In this document: in pieces, positions 1-8,995 of the stretch
Layout of the letters: the number at the start of each line of letters is the position of its first letter
Position numbering within the stretch: the first letter of the stretch is position 1
Source of the DNA: Capsulimonadaceae bacterium
GTDB taxonomy: Bacteria > Armatimonadota > Armatimonadia > Armatimonadales > Capsulimonadaceae
DNA: 64,000 nucleotides
Direction of reading: 5' to 3'
Assembly (NCBI GenBank): GCA_965215505.1
Contig: OZ244065.1
Span: forward strand, 3,072,001 to 3,136,000
Notes under the pieces: generated by a model
The model's database searches: none
What the model was told of the DNA's origin: nothing
What the model saw: the letters and a program-made list of their open reading frames with translations, nothing else
Program-made: the position numbers and the translations under genes

Positions 1-1
1 C

Positions 2-829
2 TCCGGCGTCGCCGCCTCGTTCTTCTCCCCCGTCCAGCTCGTCGGCGTGGTCGGCGGCGACTTCCCGCCCGAGCATCTGGAGTTCCTGAAGTCGCGCGGG
101 ATCGACCTCGCCGGGGTGCAGACGGTCACGGGCGGCAAGACCTTCCGCTGGGCCGGCTACTATGACTTCGACCTGAACATCGCTCACACGCTCGACACGC
201 AGTTGAACGTCTTCGCCGACTTCCAGCCGTCCCTGCCCGAAAGCTACAAGAAGGCCAAGTACGTCTTCCTCGCCAACATCGACCCAGAACTCCAGCTCCA
301 GGTGCTGACGCAGGTGGAGGCCCCGACTCTGACCGTCTGCGACACCATGAACTTCTGGATCGAGGGCAAGCGGGACGCCCTGGTCGAGGTCCTGAAGCGC
401 GTGGACATCGCCTTCATGAACGACGCCGAGGCGCGGCAGCTCACCGGCAAGCTCTCGGTCATCAAGGCCGCCCGCGCCTTGCAGGAGATGGGGCCGAAGA
501 CGGTCATCATCAAGAAGGGCGAACACGGCGCGCTGCTGTTCAGCGGCGACTCGCACTTCGCCGCCCCCTCCTACCCTCTGGAGGACATCGCCGACCCGAC
601 CGGCGCGGGCGACTCGTTCGCCGGCGGCTTCATCGGCTACGTCGCCTCGCGCGAGGACACCAGCGTCGCGACGCTCAAGAAGGCGGTCGTCTACGGCAGC
701 GTCATGGCCTCCTACAACGTCGAGGATTTCTCCCTGAACCGCTTGCGGACCCTGACCCAGCAGGACATCGCCTCCCGCTACCGTGCCTTCCAGGAGATCG
801 CCCACTTCGAGGCGCTGGACGCGGCGTGA
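2..829 (+). CDS. PfkB-family sugar/nucleoside kinase (5' end outside window)
   Basis: C-terminal PfkB signature DPTGAGDSFAGG and KKGEHGA; the frame is open back to the window start. Confidence 0.9.
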   Translation, partial: SGVAASFFSPVQLVGVVGGDFPPEHLEFLKSRGIDLAGVQTVTGGKTFRWAGYYDFDLNIAHTLDTQLNVFADFQPSLPESYKKAKYVFLANIDPELQLQVLTQVEAPTLTVCDTMNFWIEGKRDALVEVLKRVDIAFMNDAEARQLTGKLSVIKAARALQEMGPKTVIIKKGEHGALLFSGDSHFAAPSYPLEDIADPTGAGDSFAGGFIGYVASREDTSVATLKKAVVYGSVMASYNVEDFSLNRLRTLTQQDIASRYRAFQEIAHFEALDAA

Positions 830-858
830 CCCCCGGCATCGGGGGCGGGGAGGGCTGT

Positions 859-1572
859 ATGTCCGCCGTCATCAGCCTGCTCGTCCCCTTCCTCTCCCTC
901 CTCTACCCGCCCCGCTGCCTTGTCTGCCGGACGTTGGGCGAGGCGGGCCTGTGCGCTCCCTGCCTTGGCCGGTTTCTCCCTGTCGCCGCCCCGTTGTGCC
1001 CCACCTGCGGCCACTCGCTCGGCGACGGGGGCGGCTGCTTCAACTGCGCCGTCCGCCGCCCCGCCTACGACCGCGCCCGCGCCTTGGGCGCGTATGAGGG
1101 CGTCCTGCGCGCCGCCATCCACCAGTTCAAATACCGCGACCGCCCGCAGCTCGCCGCCCCGCTCGGATCGCGGCTCGCCGCCTTCGCCCACGCGAGTGCC
1201 CCGGCCCTGAACGGCCTGCGTTTCGACGCCCTGCTCCCCGTCCCGATCCATGCCGTCCGCCGGCGAGGGCGCGGCTACAACCAGTCCGAGCGGCTGGCCC
1301 GCGTCGTCGCCGGCGAACTCGGCCTGACGCTCCTCACGAACGCCCTCGTCCGCACCCGCGCCACCCGCCCCCAGGTCGGGCTGACCGCCGAGGCCCGCCG
1401 CACGAACCTGGCCGGCGCGTTCGCCGTCCGCCGCCCCGAGGCCGTCCTGGGGAAGACCCTGCTGCTGATTGACGACGTGGTGACGACCGGCAGCAGCCTC
1501 CACGAGTGCGCCCTGGTACTGAAAGCACACGGGGCGAAGGCAGTCTACGCCTTGACCCTGGCGGCGGGGTGA
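859..1572 (+). CDS. comF: ComF-family protein (double zinc ribbon + phosphoribosyltransferase fold)
   Basis: N-terminal CxxC pairs, RGYNQS, LLIDDVVTTGSSL; ATG at 859. Confidence 0.9.
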   Translation: MSAVISLLVPFLSLLYPPRCLVCRTLGEAGLCAPCLGRFLPVAAPLCPTCGHSLGDGGGCFNCAVRRPAYDRARALGAYEGVLRAAIHQFKYRDRPQLAAPLGSRLAAFAHASAPALNGLRFDALLPVPIHAVRRRGRGYNQSERLARVVAGELGLTLLTNALVRTRATRPQVGLTAEARRTNLAGAFAVRRPEAVLGKTLLLIDDVVTTGSSLHECALVLKAHGAKAVYALTLAAG

Positions 1573-2315
1573 CCCTCGCGCCGTGCCCGCCTGACACGGC
1601 CCGCCAGCACCGTCCCTCCGAGGCACAGCATCCCCAGCCCCACGAGGGCCGACGTGGACGCCTCGGGGACGGGCGCGGCGTTGGTGAGCGTGAACATCGC
1701 CGCGCCTGGTGCCACCTCGATGACATCGCCTGTCACGCTCTGGCCGTTTTGCAGCAGGCCCGTCAGCAGGTAGTCCGTGCCGCCGTAAAGCGTCTTGCCG
1801 CCGGGGTCGGGGGCGTAGGACAGGCCGCGCCCGATGAAGTTGAATCCGCCGGTCGTTTCGTCGAGGAAGGTCACGCCGTTTAGCTGCCCGAACGTGCCGC
1901 CGCTGACGTTGACGGTGCTGTGGTTGGAGCGGCTCAGGGCGGGGTTGATGTGGTACGGCTCGATGGCCCCGAGGTAGCTGCCGACCGAGCCGCCGCTGAC
2001 GTTGACAGTGCTGGAGTCGAAGCTCCACAGCTCGTCGCTGATCGAGCCGCCGCGCATGTTGAAGACACTGGCGGTATTGATCTGCACGATGCCGTCAATC
2101 GAGCCGCCGCTGACGAGGTTGACGGTCGGGCTGAACGGGGGGCTGCCGCTGCTGTCGGAGCTTCCGACGAACACATCGCTGGTGATGGCGTAGTTGATGG
2201 TGGTGTCGAAGTTGAGCTGGGTCGCGGCGGCGGGCCGGGCGGCCAGTCCGAGGGCGGTCAGTGTCGCCAGCCCCAGGAGCGGGGCGAGGCGGGTGAGGCG
2301 CTGTGTGCTGTGCAT
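1545..2315 (-). CDS. PEP-CTERM-sorted exported protein
   Basis: Signal peptide ending AAA, repeated VNxxGGS motifs, C-terminal VPEAST + hydrophobic helix + Arg cluster; ATG at 2315. Confidence 0.85.
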   Translation of the reverse strand: MHSTQRLTRLAPLLGLATLTALGLAARPAAATQLNFDTTINYAITSDVFVGSSDSSGSPPFSPTVNLVSGGSIDGIVQINTASVFNMRGGSISDELWSFDSSTVNVSGGSVGSYLGAIEPYHINPALSRSNHSTVNVSGGTFGQLNGVTFLDETTGGFNFIGRGLSYAPDPGGKTLYGGTDYLLTGLLQNGQSVTGDVIEVAPGAAMFTLTNAAPVPEASTSALVGLGMLCLGGTVLAGRVRRARREGHPAARVKA

Positions 2316-2442
2316 GTCGAGGGTCCCTTTCGTCCTGTCTGCCGAAGGCGTCGGAATGGCGTGGAAGTACCGCTCGGAGGAAGATGCGTGGTCGCCTGCT
2401 ACAAGCAGCAGTATACCCGAATAGGCTGATTTTACGAATGGG

Positions 2443-3426
2443 ATGAGAAGGATGAATACTCTCAAGGCATCAACTACCCGCCGCGAACACTTGAGGCAGG
2501 CGCAGACCGCCCTCGCGCAGTATGCCCTCGGTCCCGCCACGCTCACCTTTCAGGGTGACGCGGAAAACACCACCTTCCGCGTCCACACCACAGAGAGCGG
2601 CGCGCGGTTCCTGCTGCGGCGGCACAAGCCGGGACAGCAGACCCACCACACTGAGATCTTTTTGCGCTCCGAAATGGAATGGCTGGCGGCGATCCGCGCA
2701 GACACGGACATCACCGCGCCCGGCCCCATCGCCAACCTGGACGGAGGCTGGGTGACGGACACCAACGGCGCTCTGTGGACGCTGACGGTCTGGGTCGAGG
2801 GCCTGTTTCTGACAGACCAACGCGCGCCCTCCCGCGCCCTCCGGGCGGGCGAAACGCTGGCCCGCCTGCACCGACACGGCGAGACATGGACACGGACGGC
2901 GGGCTTCGCGCGCCCGCGCCATGACGAGCAGGCTTTGAACGAACACCTGGACGCCTATCGCCTTGCCGCCGCTTCGGGGCTGCTGACGGCCGGCGATCTT
3001 GCCGTCATCGAGGCCGCCGGAGAGCGCGTATCAGCGGCGATGAGGGAAGTTAGCGAAGCGCGGACGGACTTCGGCCTGATTCACGGCGATTTCCACAACC
3101 GTAATTACCTGTTTCATCGCGGCGAAGTGCGCCCGATAGACTTCTCGCTCTGCGGCGACGGCTACTATCTGGCCGATCTAGGATACGCCTTGTGCGGCCT
3201 CCACCACCGGAGCGAGGGCTTGGCGGGTTATCAGAGCATCCGCCCGCTGCCCTCGCTGCATCTGACGCTCATCGAGACGTTCATGGTGTCCGGCATCCTC
3301 GGCGAGACGGCGTTCCACATGAAGCAGGCACACCAGCAGGGGCGGCCGTTCGACCATCCGACGTGGCTGATCGACAGCCTGCGGGACAAGTTCTTGCAGG
3401 GCGAGTACTTCCTGACGGATTGGTAG
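2443..3426 (+). CDS. Aminoglycoside phosphotransferase / type II homoserine kinase-like protein
   Basis: HGDFHNRN and IDF motifs; alternative start at 2452. Confidence 0.85.
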   Translation: MRRMNTLKASTTRREHLRQAQTALAQYALGPATLTFQGDAENTTFRVHTTESGARFLLRRHKPGQQTHHTEIFLRSEMEWLAAIRADTDITAPGPIANLDGGWVTDTNGALWTLTVWVEGLFLTDQRAPSRALRAGETLARLHRHGETWTRTAGFARPRHDEQALNEHLDAYRLAAASGLLTAGDLAVIEAAGERVSAAMREVSEARTDFGLIHGDFHNRNYLFHRGEVRPIDFSLCGDGYYLADLGYALCGLHHRSEGLAGYQSIRPLPSLHLTLIETFMVSGILGETAFHMKQAHQQGRPFDHPTWLIDSLRDKFLQGEYFLTDW

Positions 3427-3475
3427 GCGGGCCAATGCTTCAGTGGCTCATATGACGATCTGGTCGCCGCGCTGG

Positions 3476-3588
3476 TTAGTAGATGACGCAGCGTTTTACC
3501 TACCGGCAGTTCCCTCCACGAGTGCGCGCTGGTTCTGAGGTCCAATGGCGCAAAGTTCGTTTACGCGCTGACGCTGGCGGCGGGTTAA
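3476..3588 (+). pseudogene. Diverged duplicate of the comF 3' end
   Basis: 3502-3588 reads TGSSLHECALVLRSNGAKFVYALTLAAG*, 24/28 aa identical to the ComF C-terminus at 1486-1572; out-of-frame LVDD just upstream. Confidence 0.85.
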
Positions 3589-3727
3589 CGCCATGAAAAA
3601 CGGTGAGGCCATCTTTGACATGGCCGGGGTGGGTGTGGACAACATGGCACTCCTCGTCGCGGGCAGTGGCACACCCAAGCCCCATTCAGACACGGACGGG
3701 ACCGCGACCACTCCCGCAAAAATGAGG

Positions 3728-3756
3728 TTGACAGCGGCTTGCTTGCCTGGTACAAT
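3728..3756 (+). promoter_or_regulatory. sigma70-type promoter
   Basis: TTGACA-N17-TACAAT upstream of the 3804 gene. Confidence 0.75.
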
Positions 3757-3803
3757 GGCGGGCGGCAAACATAAGTTTGCCACGTTGAAACAAGGAGCCG
3801 CTG

Positions 3804-4364
3804 ATGAAACTCGCCAACATCCGCCTGCCGGTCCAATACATTAAGACCTCACTCTGTCTGCTCACCCTCGTCTGTGCGTCGAGCAGCGGGATGACCCACG
3901 CGGCCCCGCAGTCGCTCTCGACGGTACAGTTCCTCGTCGGCGATTGGGCGGGAGGCGGCGGCACTGATGCGGGGCGGGCGCAGGGCACATCTTCAATCAA
4001 GCCCGACCTCGGCGGGCACGTCTTGGTACGGCGCGACCACACGGAGTTCCCCGCCGCGAAGGGGCAGCCCGCCGCGTCAATGGACGCTCTGATGCTGATC
4101 TACTCTTCCCCGACGGATGGACGCTTGCACGCCACCTACACGGATAGCGGTGGGCACGCCATCCAGTATACGGCAGCCCATGTCGAGCCGGGCCGCCGAG
4201 TCGAGTTCGACAGCGATGCCTCACCCAATGCTCCGACGTTCCGCCTCACCTACGCGATCACGGGGCTTAAGGATCTAGAAATCAGGTTTGAAATGGCCGC
4301 CCCCGGTACGCCGTCGGTATTCCATCCTGTGGCGGTGGGGACGCTGAGACGGGTACGGAAATGA
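3804..4364 (+). CDS. Hypothetical exported protein
   Basis: AAGGAG ribosome-binding site, signal-peptide-like N-terminus, FLVGDW motif. Confidence 0.7.
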   Translation: MKLANIRLPVQYIKTSLCLLTLVCASSSGMTHAAPQSLSTVQFLVGDWAGGGGTDAGRAQGTSSIKPDLGGHVLVRRDHTEFPAAKGQPAASMDALMLIYSSPTDGRLHATYTDSGGHAIQYTAAHVEPGRRVEFDSDASPNAPTFRLTYAITGLKDLEIRFEMAAPGTPSVFHPVAVGTLRRVRK

Positions 4365-4424
4365 AACGTGGAGGGGCTTCGCCTGCGAGGGCCTACCTCT
4401 GCGCGAGCGCTTCGGGGAAAGGGA

Positions 4425-5216
4425 TCAGCGCCCCCGCTGCCGCATGATCTCGAAGGCGATGACGGCGGTGGCCGAGGCTGTGCCCAGCGAGTGCATCATG
4501 GGCCGCCCGTAGGGGATACGCAGCTTTAGGTCGGCCTGGTCCAAGAACGACCGGGTGATGCCGCGCTTCTCGCCGCCAATCAGCAGGAACAGCGGGGCGG
4601 AGAGGTCGGCCTCATAGAGCGATACGCTGCCGCGCTCGTCGGTGGCACAGGCGACGGCCAGCCCCCGCGCCCGGAAGAAGGCGGCGGCTTCGGCGGCGGT
4701 GTCGGCGAGCGCGGTGGGGATCAATTCGGACGCCCCCGCCGAGGCGCGGGCGACGGTCCCCGCCGCCGACAGCCAGTTCCGGGGCCGCAGGACCAGCCCG
4801 TCCGCCCCGGCGGCATAGAGGGCGCGGACGGACGCGCCGAAGTTGAAGGGGTCTTCCACGCCATCAATCATGGCGACGAAAGCGGGCACCTTCCCTGCGG
4901 CCAGCGTCTCCAAAGCGGCGAAGCGGTACGGGCCGACGCGGGCCAGAACGCCTCCGTGAGTCCGCCCCCCCGCCTGCGCCCCGATGGTCTCCTCGGAGAG
5001 CCGTTCCACGGGCACACCCGCCACCCGCGCGAGCCGTTCCAATTGCCGCGTCTGCCCGTCGCTCTTGCCTTCGCGCAGGAGCAGGCCGTGGACGGCCCGG
5101 TGGCCGCCTTCCAGCGCGGCACTGACGGAGATGAAGCCTTCCAGCAGGGCGTCTTCGGCGGGGGCAGGGTCAGAGGTCTGTTCGTCGCACTGTTCCGAGG
5201 TTTGTTCGTCGGGCAT
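4425..5216 (-). CDS. TrmH/SpoU-family RNA methyltransferase
   Basis: DGVEDPFNFG, IGGEKRGI and SLGTASA motifs; ATG at 5216 is 6 nt after TACAAT. Confidence 0.88.
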   Translation of the reverse strand: MPDEQTSEQCDEQTSDPAPAEDALLEGFISVSAALEGGHRAVHGLLLREGKSDGQTRQLERLARVAGVPVERLSEETIGAQAGGRTHGGVLARVGPYRFAALETLAAGKVPAFVAMIDGVEDPFNFGASVRALYAAGADGLVLRPRNWLSAAGTVARASAGASELIPTALADTAAEAAAFFRARGLAVACATDERGSVSLYEADLSAPLFLLIGGEKRGITRSFLDQADLKLRIPYGRPMMHSLGTASATAVIAFEIMRQRGR

Positions 5217-5249
5217 GGGGCCATTGTACCCGCACGGGAGGGCGGACAC

Positions 5250-5324
5250 AAAAAGAAGCCGCGACTCTCGTCGCGGCCCGGTAAAAGGGGATGAGCAATG
5301 GGAGGTCTTTCGACCTTAGCCACA
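5250..5324 (-). ncRNA. Candidate small regulatory RNA (~75 nt)
   Basis: CATAAT at 5335-5330, AGGUC-GAAA-GACCU hairpin, C/U-rich linker, 8-bp GC stem with UUCUUUUU tail; the downstream gene has its own -10 box. Confidence 0.55.
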
Positions 5325-5343
5325 CCTCTATTATGGTGGGGGC

Positions 5344-5384
5344 AGGTTAAGAGGACGTTAAGAGGCGGTTAAGGTTGTGTTAAG
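5344..5384 (-). promoter_or_regulatory. Four 11-bp-phased CTTAAC direct repeats (Pho-box/OmpR-family-like operator)
   Basis: GTTAAG at 5346, 5357, 5368 and 5379; minus-strand units CTTAACAC, CTTAACCG, CTTAACGT, CTTAACCT. Confidence 0.7.
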
Positions 5385-5393
5385 GTTTAGGAG

Positions 5394-5533
5394 GCCCCCA
5401 CCCCCCGCCCCTCCCCCGCAAGCGTGAGAGGGGAGCATGACAAAAAGGGAAGTTTTTCCTGGAGGCTCCCCCTCCGCCCTTCATCTGACTCCCCATCTCC
5501 CGCTTGCGGGGGAGGGGCGGGGGGTGGGGGTCC
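5394..5533. repeat. Inverted repeat pair (CCCCTCCCCCGCAAGCG type)
   Basis: ccccgcccctcccccgcaagcg ... cgcttgcgggggaggggcgggg. Confidence 0.7.
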
Positions 5534-5584
5534 GCTCCCCTCAGATTGACTTTGCCCGCCGCCGTGTGCTACACTTGCCCTGTC

Positions 5585-6841
5585 ATGCCTCACCCTACCG
5601 ACCTCTCGAATATGGACCTCTCGATTGACCAGCAGATGGAGCGGATCGCGCGCGGCACCTTCGACATCGTGCCGAAGAGCGAACTGAGGGCCAAGCTGGA
5701 GAAGTCGGCCCGCGACGGCAAGCCGTTATTGGTCAAGCTCGGCCTGGATCCGACCGCGCCCGACATCCATCTGGGCTTCGCCGTCGTCCTCCGCAAACTG
5801 CGGCTGTTCCAGGATTTAGGCCACGTCGTCGTCATCATCATCGGCGACTATACGGCGCTCATCGGCGACCCATCGGGGCGCTCTACGACCCGGCCCATGC
5901 TGTCTACGGAGGAGATCGAGGCCAACGGCAGGACTTACGTCGAGCAGCTTGCTAAAGTCCTGGACCGCGAGAAGACCGTCGTCCGTTTCAACAGCGAGTG
6001 GCTGGGGAAACTTAGCTTTGCCGAGTTGGTCGGGCTGGCCTCCAAGATGACCGTCGCCCAGGTCATGCAGCGCGAGGACTTCAAGAACCGCTTCGACGCC
6101 GGTCAGCCCATTGGACTACACGAACTCTTGTACCCCCTCGCCCAGGCTTATGACAGCGTCGCCATCGCGGCGGACGTCGAGATGGGCGGACAGGACCAGA
6201 CCTTCAACAACCTGGCGGGCCGTGCCCTACAAAAGGAGATGGGCCAGGAGGCGCAGGTCGTCCTGCTGATGCCGCTCCTGGTCGGCCTGGACGGCGTCAA
6301 GAAGATGAGCAAGTCGCTCGGCAACTACGTCGGCATCTCGGAGCCGCCCGCCGAGATGTTCGGCAAGCTGATGTCACTGAGCGACCCGCTCATGCCGACC
6401 TACTACGAGCTTTGCACCGACGTCCCGATGGACGAGGTGGCCGCCCTGACCGATGCGGGCCGGACGCACCCGCGCGAGGCGAAGAAGCGGCTGGCCCGCG
6501 AGGTCATCACGCTCTACCACGGTGCCGAGGCGGCCCAGGCCGCCGATGACGAGTTTGAGCGGGTCCACAAGCAGCACGAGGAACCCGAAGACATGCCCGA
6601 AGTGGCCGTGCCGGACAGCATCTGCGACGCGGCGGGCCACGCGCGCGTCACCGCCCTGCTGGTCGCGGCGGGCCTGGCCCCGTCGTCCGGCGAGGCCAAG
6701 CGCCTCATCGCCCAGGGCGGCGTCAGCATAGACGGCGAGAAGGTCGCCGACCCCGCCGGAACGATCCTGATCCGGTCCGGGCAGGTCGTCAAGGTCGGCA
6801 GGAACCGCTTCGCGCGGCTCATCGCGCCGGTCGGAGCCTAG
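5585..6841 (+). CDS. tyrS: Tyrosine--tRNA ligase
   Basis: KLGLDPTAPDIHLGF, KMSKS and a C-terminal S4 domain. Confidence 0.97.
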   Translation: MPHPTDLSNMDLSIDQQMERIARGTFDIVPKSELRAKLEKSARDGKPLLVKLGLDPTAPDIHLGFAVVLRKLRLFQDLGHVVVIIIGDYTALIGDPSGRSTTRPMLSTEEIEANGRTYVEQLAKVLDREKTVVRFNSEWLGKLSFAELVGLASKMTVAQVMQREDFKNRFDAGQPIGLHELLYPLAQAYDSVAIAADVEMGGQDQTFNNLAGRALQKEMGQEAQVVLLMPLLVGLDGVKKMSKSLGNYVGISEPPAEMFGKLMSLSDPLMPTYYELCTDVPMDEVAALTDAGRTHPREAKKRLAREVITLYHGAEAAQAADDEFERVHKQHEEPEDMPEVAVPDSICDAAGHARVTALLVAAGLAPSSGEAKRLIAQGGVSIDGEKVADPAGTILIRSGQVVKVGRNRFARLIAPVGA

Positions 6842-6856
6842 CCCCGAGGAAACCGC

Positions 6857-7534
6857 ATGGCCGAAACACAGACACAACCTAACCCAGCCGCACTCGCCCC
6901 ATCACCGACGCTCGGCGTGCCTTCCGTCCTGGTGGAAGACCCCGCCGCGCACCCGCCGACGGACCCGGTCCTGTTCGAGTCGGAGATGAACCCGCACCTC
7001 GACGCCCTCTACCGGAACGCCCTGCGGCTGACCGGCAACCCCAACGACGCCGAGGACCTGCTGCAAGACACCTACCTGCGCGCCTACCGGTTTTTCTACC
7101 AGTATCAGCCGGGAACGAATGCCAAGGCGTGGCTGTTCCGAATCATGAACACGGTTTTCCTGAACGACTACCGGCGCAAGTCCCGGCAGGGCGAAACCGT
7201 CTCCTATGATGGCCTGGAAGATTTTTATCTTTACAACCGTCTGACCGAAGACGGCGTCGGCGGCCTGGGCGGGGATCACCCCGAAACCGAGAACCCGGAA
7301 AAGGCGGTCCTGGAGAAGCTCGACATCGAGGTGATCACGCGGGCGATCCAGGCGCTGCCGCCGGAGTTCCGCGACACGGTCGCCCTGGCGACCCTGGAAG
7401 AGCTTTCGTATCAGGAGATCGCGGACACTTTAGAGATCCCCGTCGGCACCGTCCGCTCGCGCCTGTCGCGCGGGCGGAAGCTGTTACAGCGCGCCCTGTG
7501 GGAGTACCTTAACGGAGAAGAGACTCGTGGATGA
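6857..7534 (+). CDS. ECF sigma-70 factor (SigR/SigH-like)
   Basis: DAEDLLQDTYLRAY, AWLFRI, SYQEIA...GTVRSRLSRGR. Confidence 0.92.
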   Translation: MAETQTQPNPAALAPSPTLGVPSVLVEDPAAHPPTDPVLFESEMNPHLDALYRNALRLTGNPNDAEDLLQDTYLRAYRFFYQYQPGTNAKAWLFRIMNTVFLNDYRRKSRQGETVSYDGLEDFYLYNRLTEDGVGGLGGDHPETENPEKAVLEKLDIEVITRAIQALPPEFRDTVALATLEELSYQEIADTLEIPVGTVRSRLSRGRKLLQRALWEYLNGEETRG

Positions 7535-7868
7535 GCCGAAACATGACCGGTCCGAGAACGACCCGGCCGACGATCCCAAAATGGACAAGGCGATGATGCA
7601 GCGGGCGAAAGAGGCTTTGGACTGCATCCAGGCCGACTACTACTCGTGCGAGGAGGCCGTCAAGCGGCTCAACGAATACCTCGACCACGAGATGTCGGGC
7701 GCGGAGCGGGATGTAGTGCTGAAGCACCTGGAGATCTGCCGCCCCTGCCTGCGCCGCTTCACTTTCGAGAAGACATTGGTCGTGTCCCTGCGCCAGAAGG
7801 TCACCTTGCTCTGCGCCCCGACCGCCCTGCGCGAGAAGCTGTACGTCCTGCTGCGCGACCACGAATAG
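7527..7868 (+). CDS. Zinc-binding anti-sigma factor (zf-HC2/ZAS)
   Basis: HLEICRPC = HxxxCxxC; overlaps the sigma factor stop codon. Confidence 0.88.
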   Translation: MDEPKHDRSENDPADDPKMDKAMMQRAKEALDCIQADYYSCEEAVKRLNEYLDHEMSGAERDVVLKHLEICRPCLRRFTFEKTLVVSLRQKVTLLCAPTALREKLYVLLRDHE

Positions 7869-7889
7869 ACTTCCCTTCAGGGGGAACAT

Positions 7890-7921
7890 AAGCCGCCCGG
7901 CCACAAGCCGGGCGGCTTTTT
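7890..7921 (+). terminator. Intrinsic terminator
   Basis: agccgcccggc-cacaa-gccgggcggct followed by a T run. Confidence 0.85.
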
Positions 7922-8021
7922 CGTGCGTGGCGGCTGAGGCAGCGCACCGAGTTTTGAGGCAGACGGGAGCGGGTAGACAGTGCAGGAGACGACGATCAGA
8001 TTTCTCGCGGAGGAGGAGCCC

Positions 8022-8927
8022 ATGGAACAGCAGATACCACTCAGCGCCAATGCCCGCGCCGACGACCCGCAGGCCGACGCGGCGCGGGATGACGGCACGC
8101 ACGAGGTCGCCGCAGACCTCGCCTACAAGCGGCTCGCCATCGTCAACGTCGCCTTTTATGGCCTGCCCGGCGCGGGAGATCGGGGTTGGGTGCTGATTGA
8201 TGCCGCCCTGCCGGGCACGGCCGGCCAGATCGCACGGGCCGCCGCCGAGCGGTTCGGCCCGGACGTGCGCCCCGCCGCAATCATCATGACACACGGGCAC
8301 TTCGACCACAACAGCGCCCTGGAGGAGCTTGCCGAGCGCTGGGACGCGCCGGTTTACGCCCACGAATTAGAACGGCCCTACCTCGACGGCCGCGCGGCCT
8401 ACCCGCCGCCGGACCCCAGCGTGGGGGGCGGCCTGATGGCCCTGCTCTCGCCGCTCTACCCGCGCGGGCCGGTCAACGTCGGCAGCCGCCTCCACGCCCT
8501 GCCTTCTGATGGCAGCGTGCCGTTCATGCCGGGCTGGACCTGGCTGCACACGCCCGGCCACGCGCCCGGCCACGTCTCCCTCTGGCGCGAGTCGGACCGT
8601 TCGCTGATCGTCGGGGACGCCTTCATCACGACCGCCCAAGAGTCGGCTTATGCGGCGGCCACCCAGGAGCCGGAGCTGCACGGCCCGCCGATGTACTTCA
8701 CGCCGGACTGGCAAGCGGCCAAGTCGTCGGTGGAACGCCTGGCCGCCCTGGAACCGGAGATCGCCGTCACCGGGCATGGCCGGGCGATGCGCGGGGCCGA
8801 GATGCGCGCCGCTCTTCATGCATTAGCCCGCGACTTCGACCGCATCGCCGTCCCCGACCACGGTAAATACGTCCTGCACCCGGCAAATGTTGCCAGCGGG
8901 AACGCCTATGTGCCGGCGGACAAATAG
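8022..8927 (+). CDS. MBL-fold metallo-hydrolase
   Basis: THGHFDH, HTPGHAPGH, GDAF and TGHG motifs. Confidence 0.9.
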   Translation: MEQQIPLSANARADDPQADAARDDGTHEVAADLAYKRLAIVNVAFYGLPGAGDRGWVLIDAALPGTAGQIARAAAERFGPDVRPAAIIMTHGHFDHNSALEELAERWDAPVYAHELERPYLDGRAAYPPPDPSVGGGLMALLSPLYPRGPVNVGSRLHALPSDGSVPFMPGWTWLHTPGHAPGHVSLWRESDRSLIVGDAFITTAQESAYAAATQEPELHGPPMYFTPDWQAAKSSVERLAALEPEIAVTGHGRAMRGAEMRAALHALARDFDRIAVPDHGKYVLHPANVASGNAYVPADK

Positions 8928-8947
8928 GACGACAAGCTGACACAAGA

Positions 8948-8977
8948 AAGCCACCCCACCATCGGGTGGGGCGGCTT
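8948..8977. terminator. Terminator hairpin between convergent genes
   Basis: aagccaccccacc-atcg-ggtggggcggctt. Confidence 0.7.
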
Positions 8978-8995
8978 CTACCGCTTTTGCTCGGC

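Noticed and set aside
3593-3844. 83-aa ORF between the comF remnant and the 3804 gene
   Set aside because: It overlaps a consensus promoter and has no recognisable motif or ribosome-binding site
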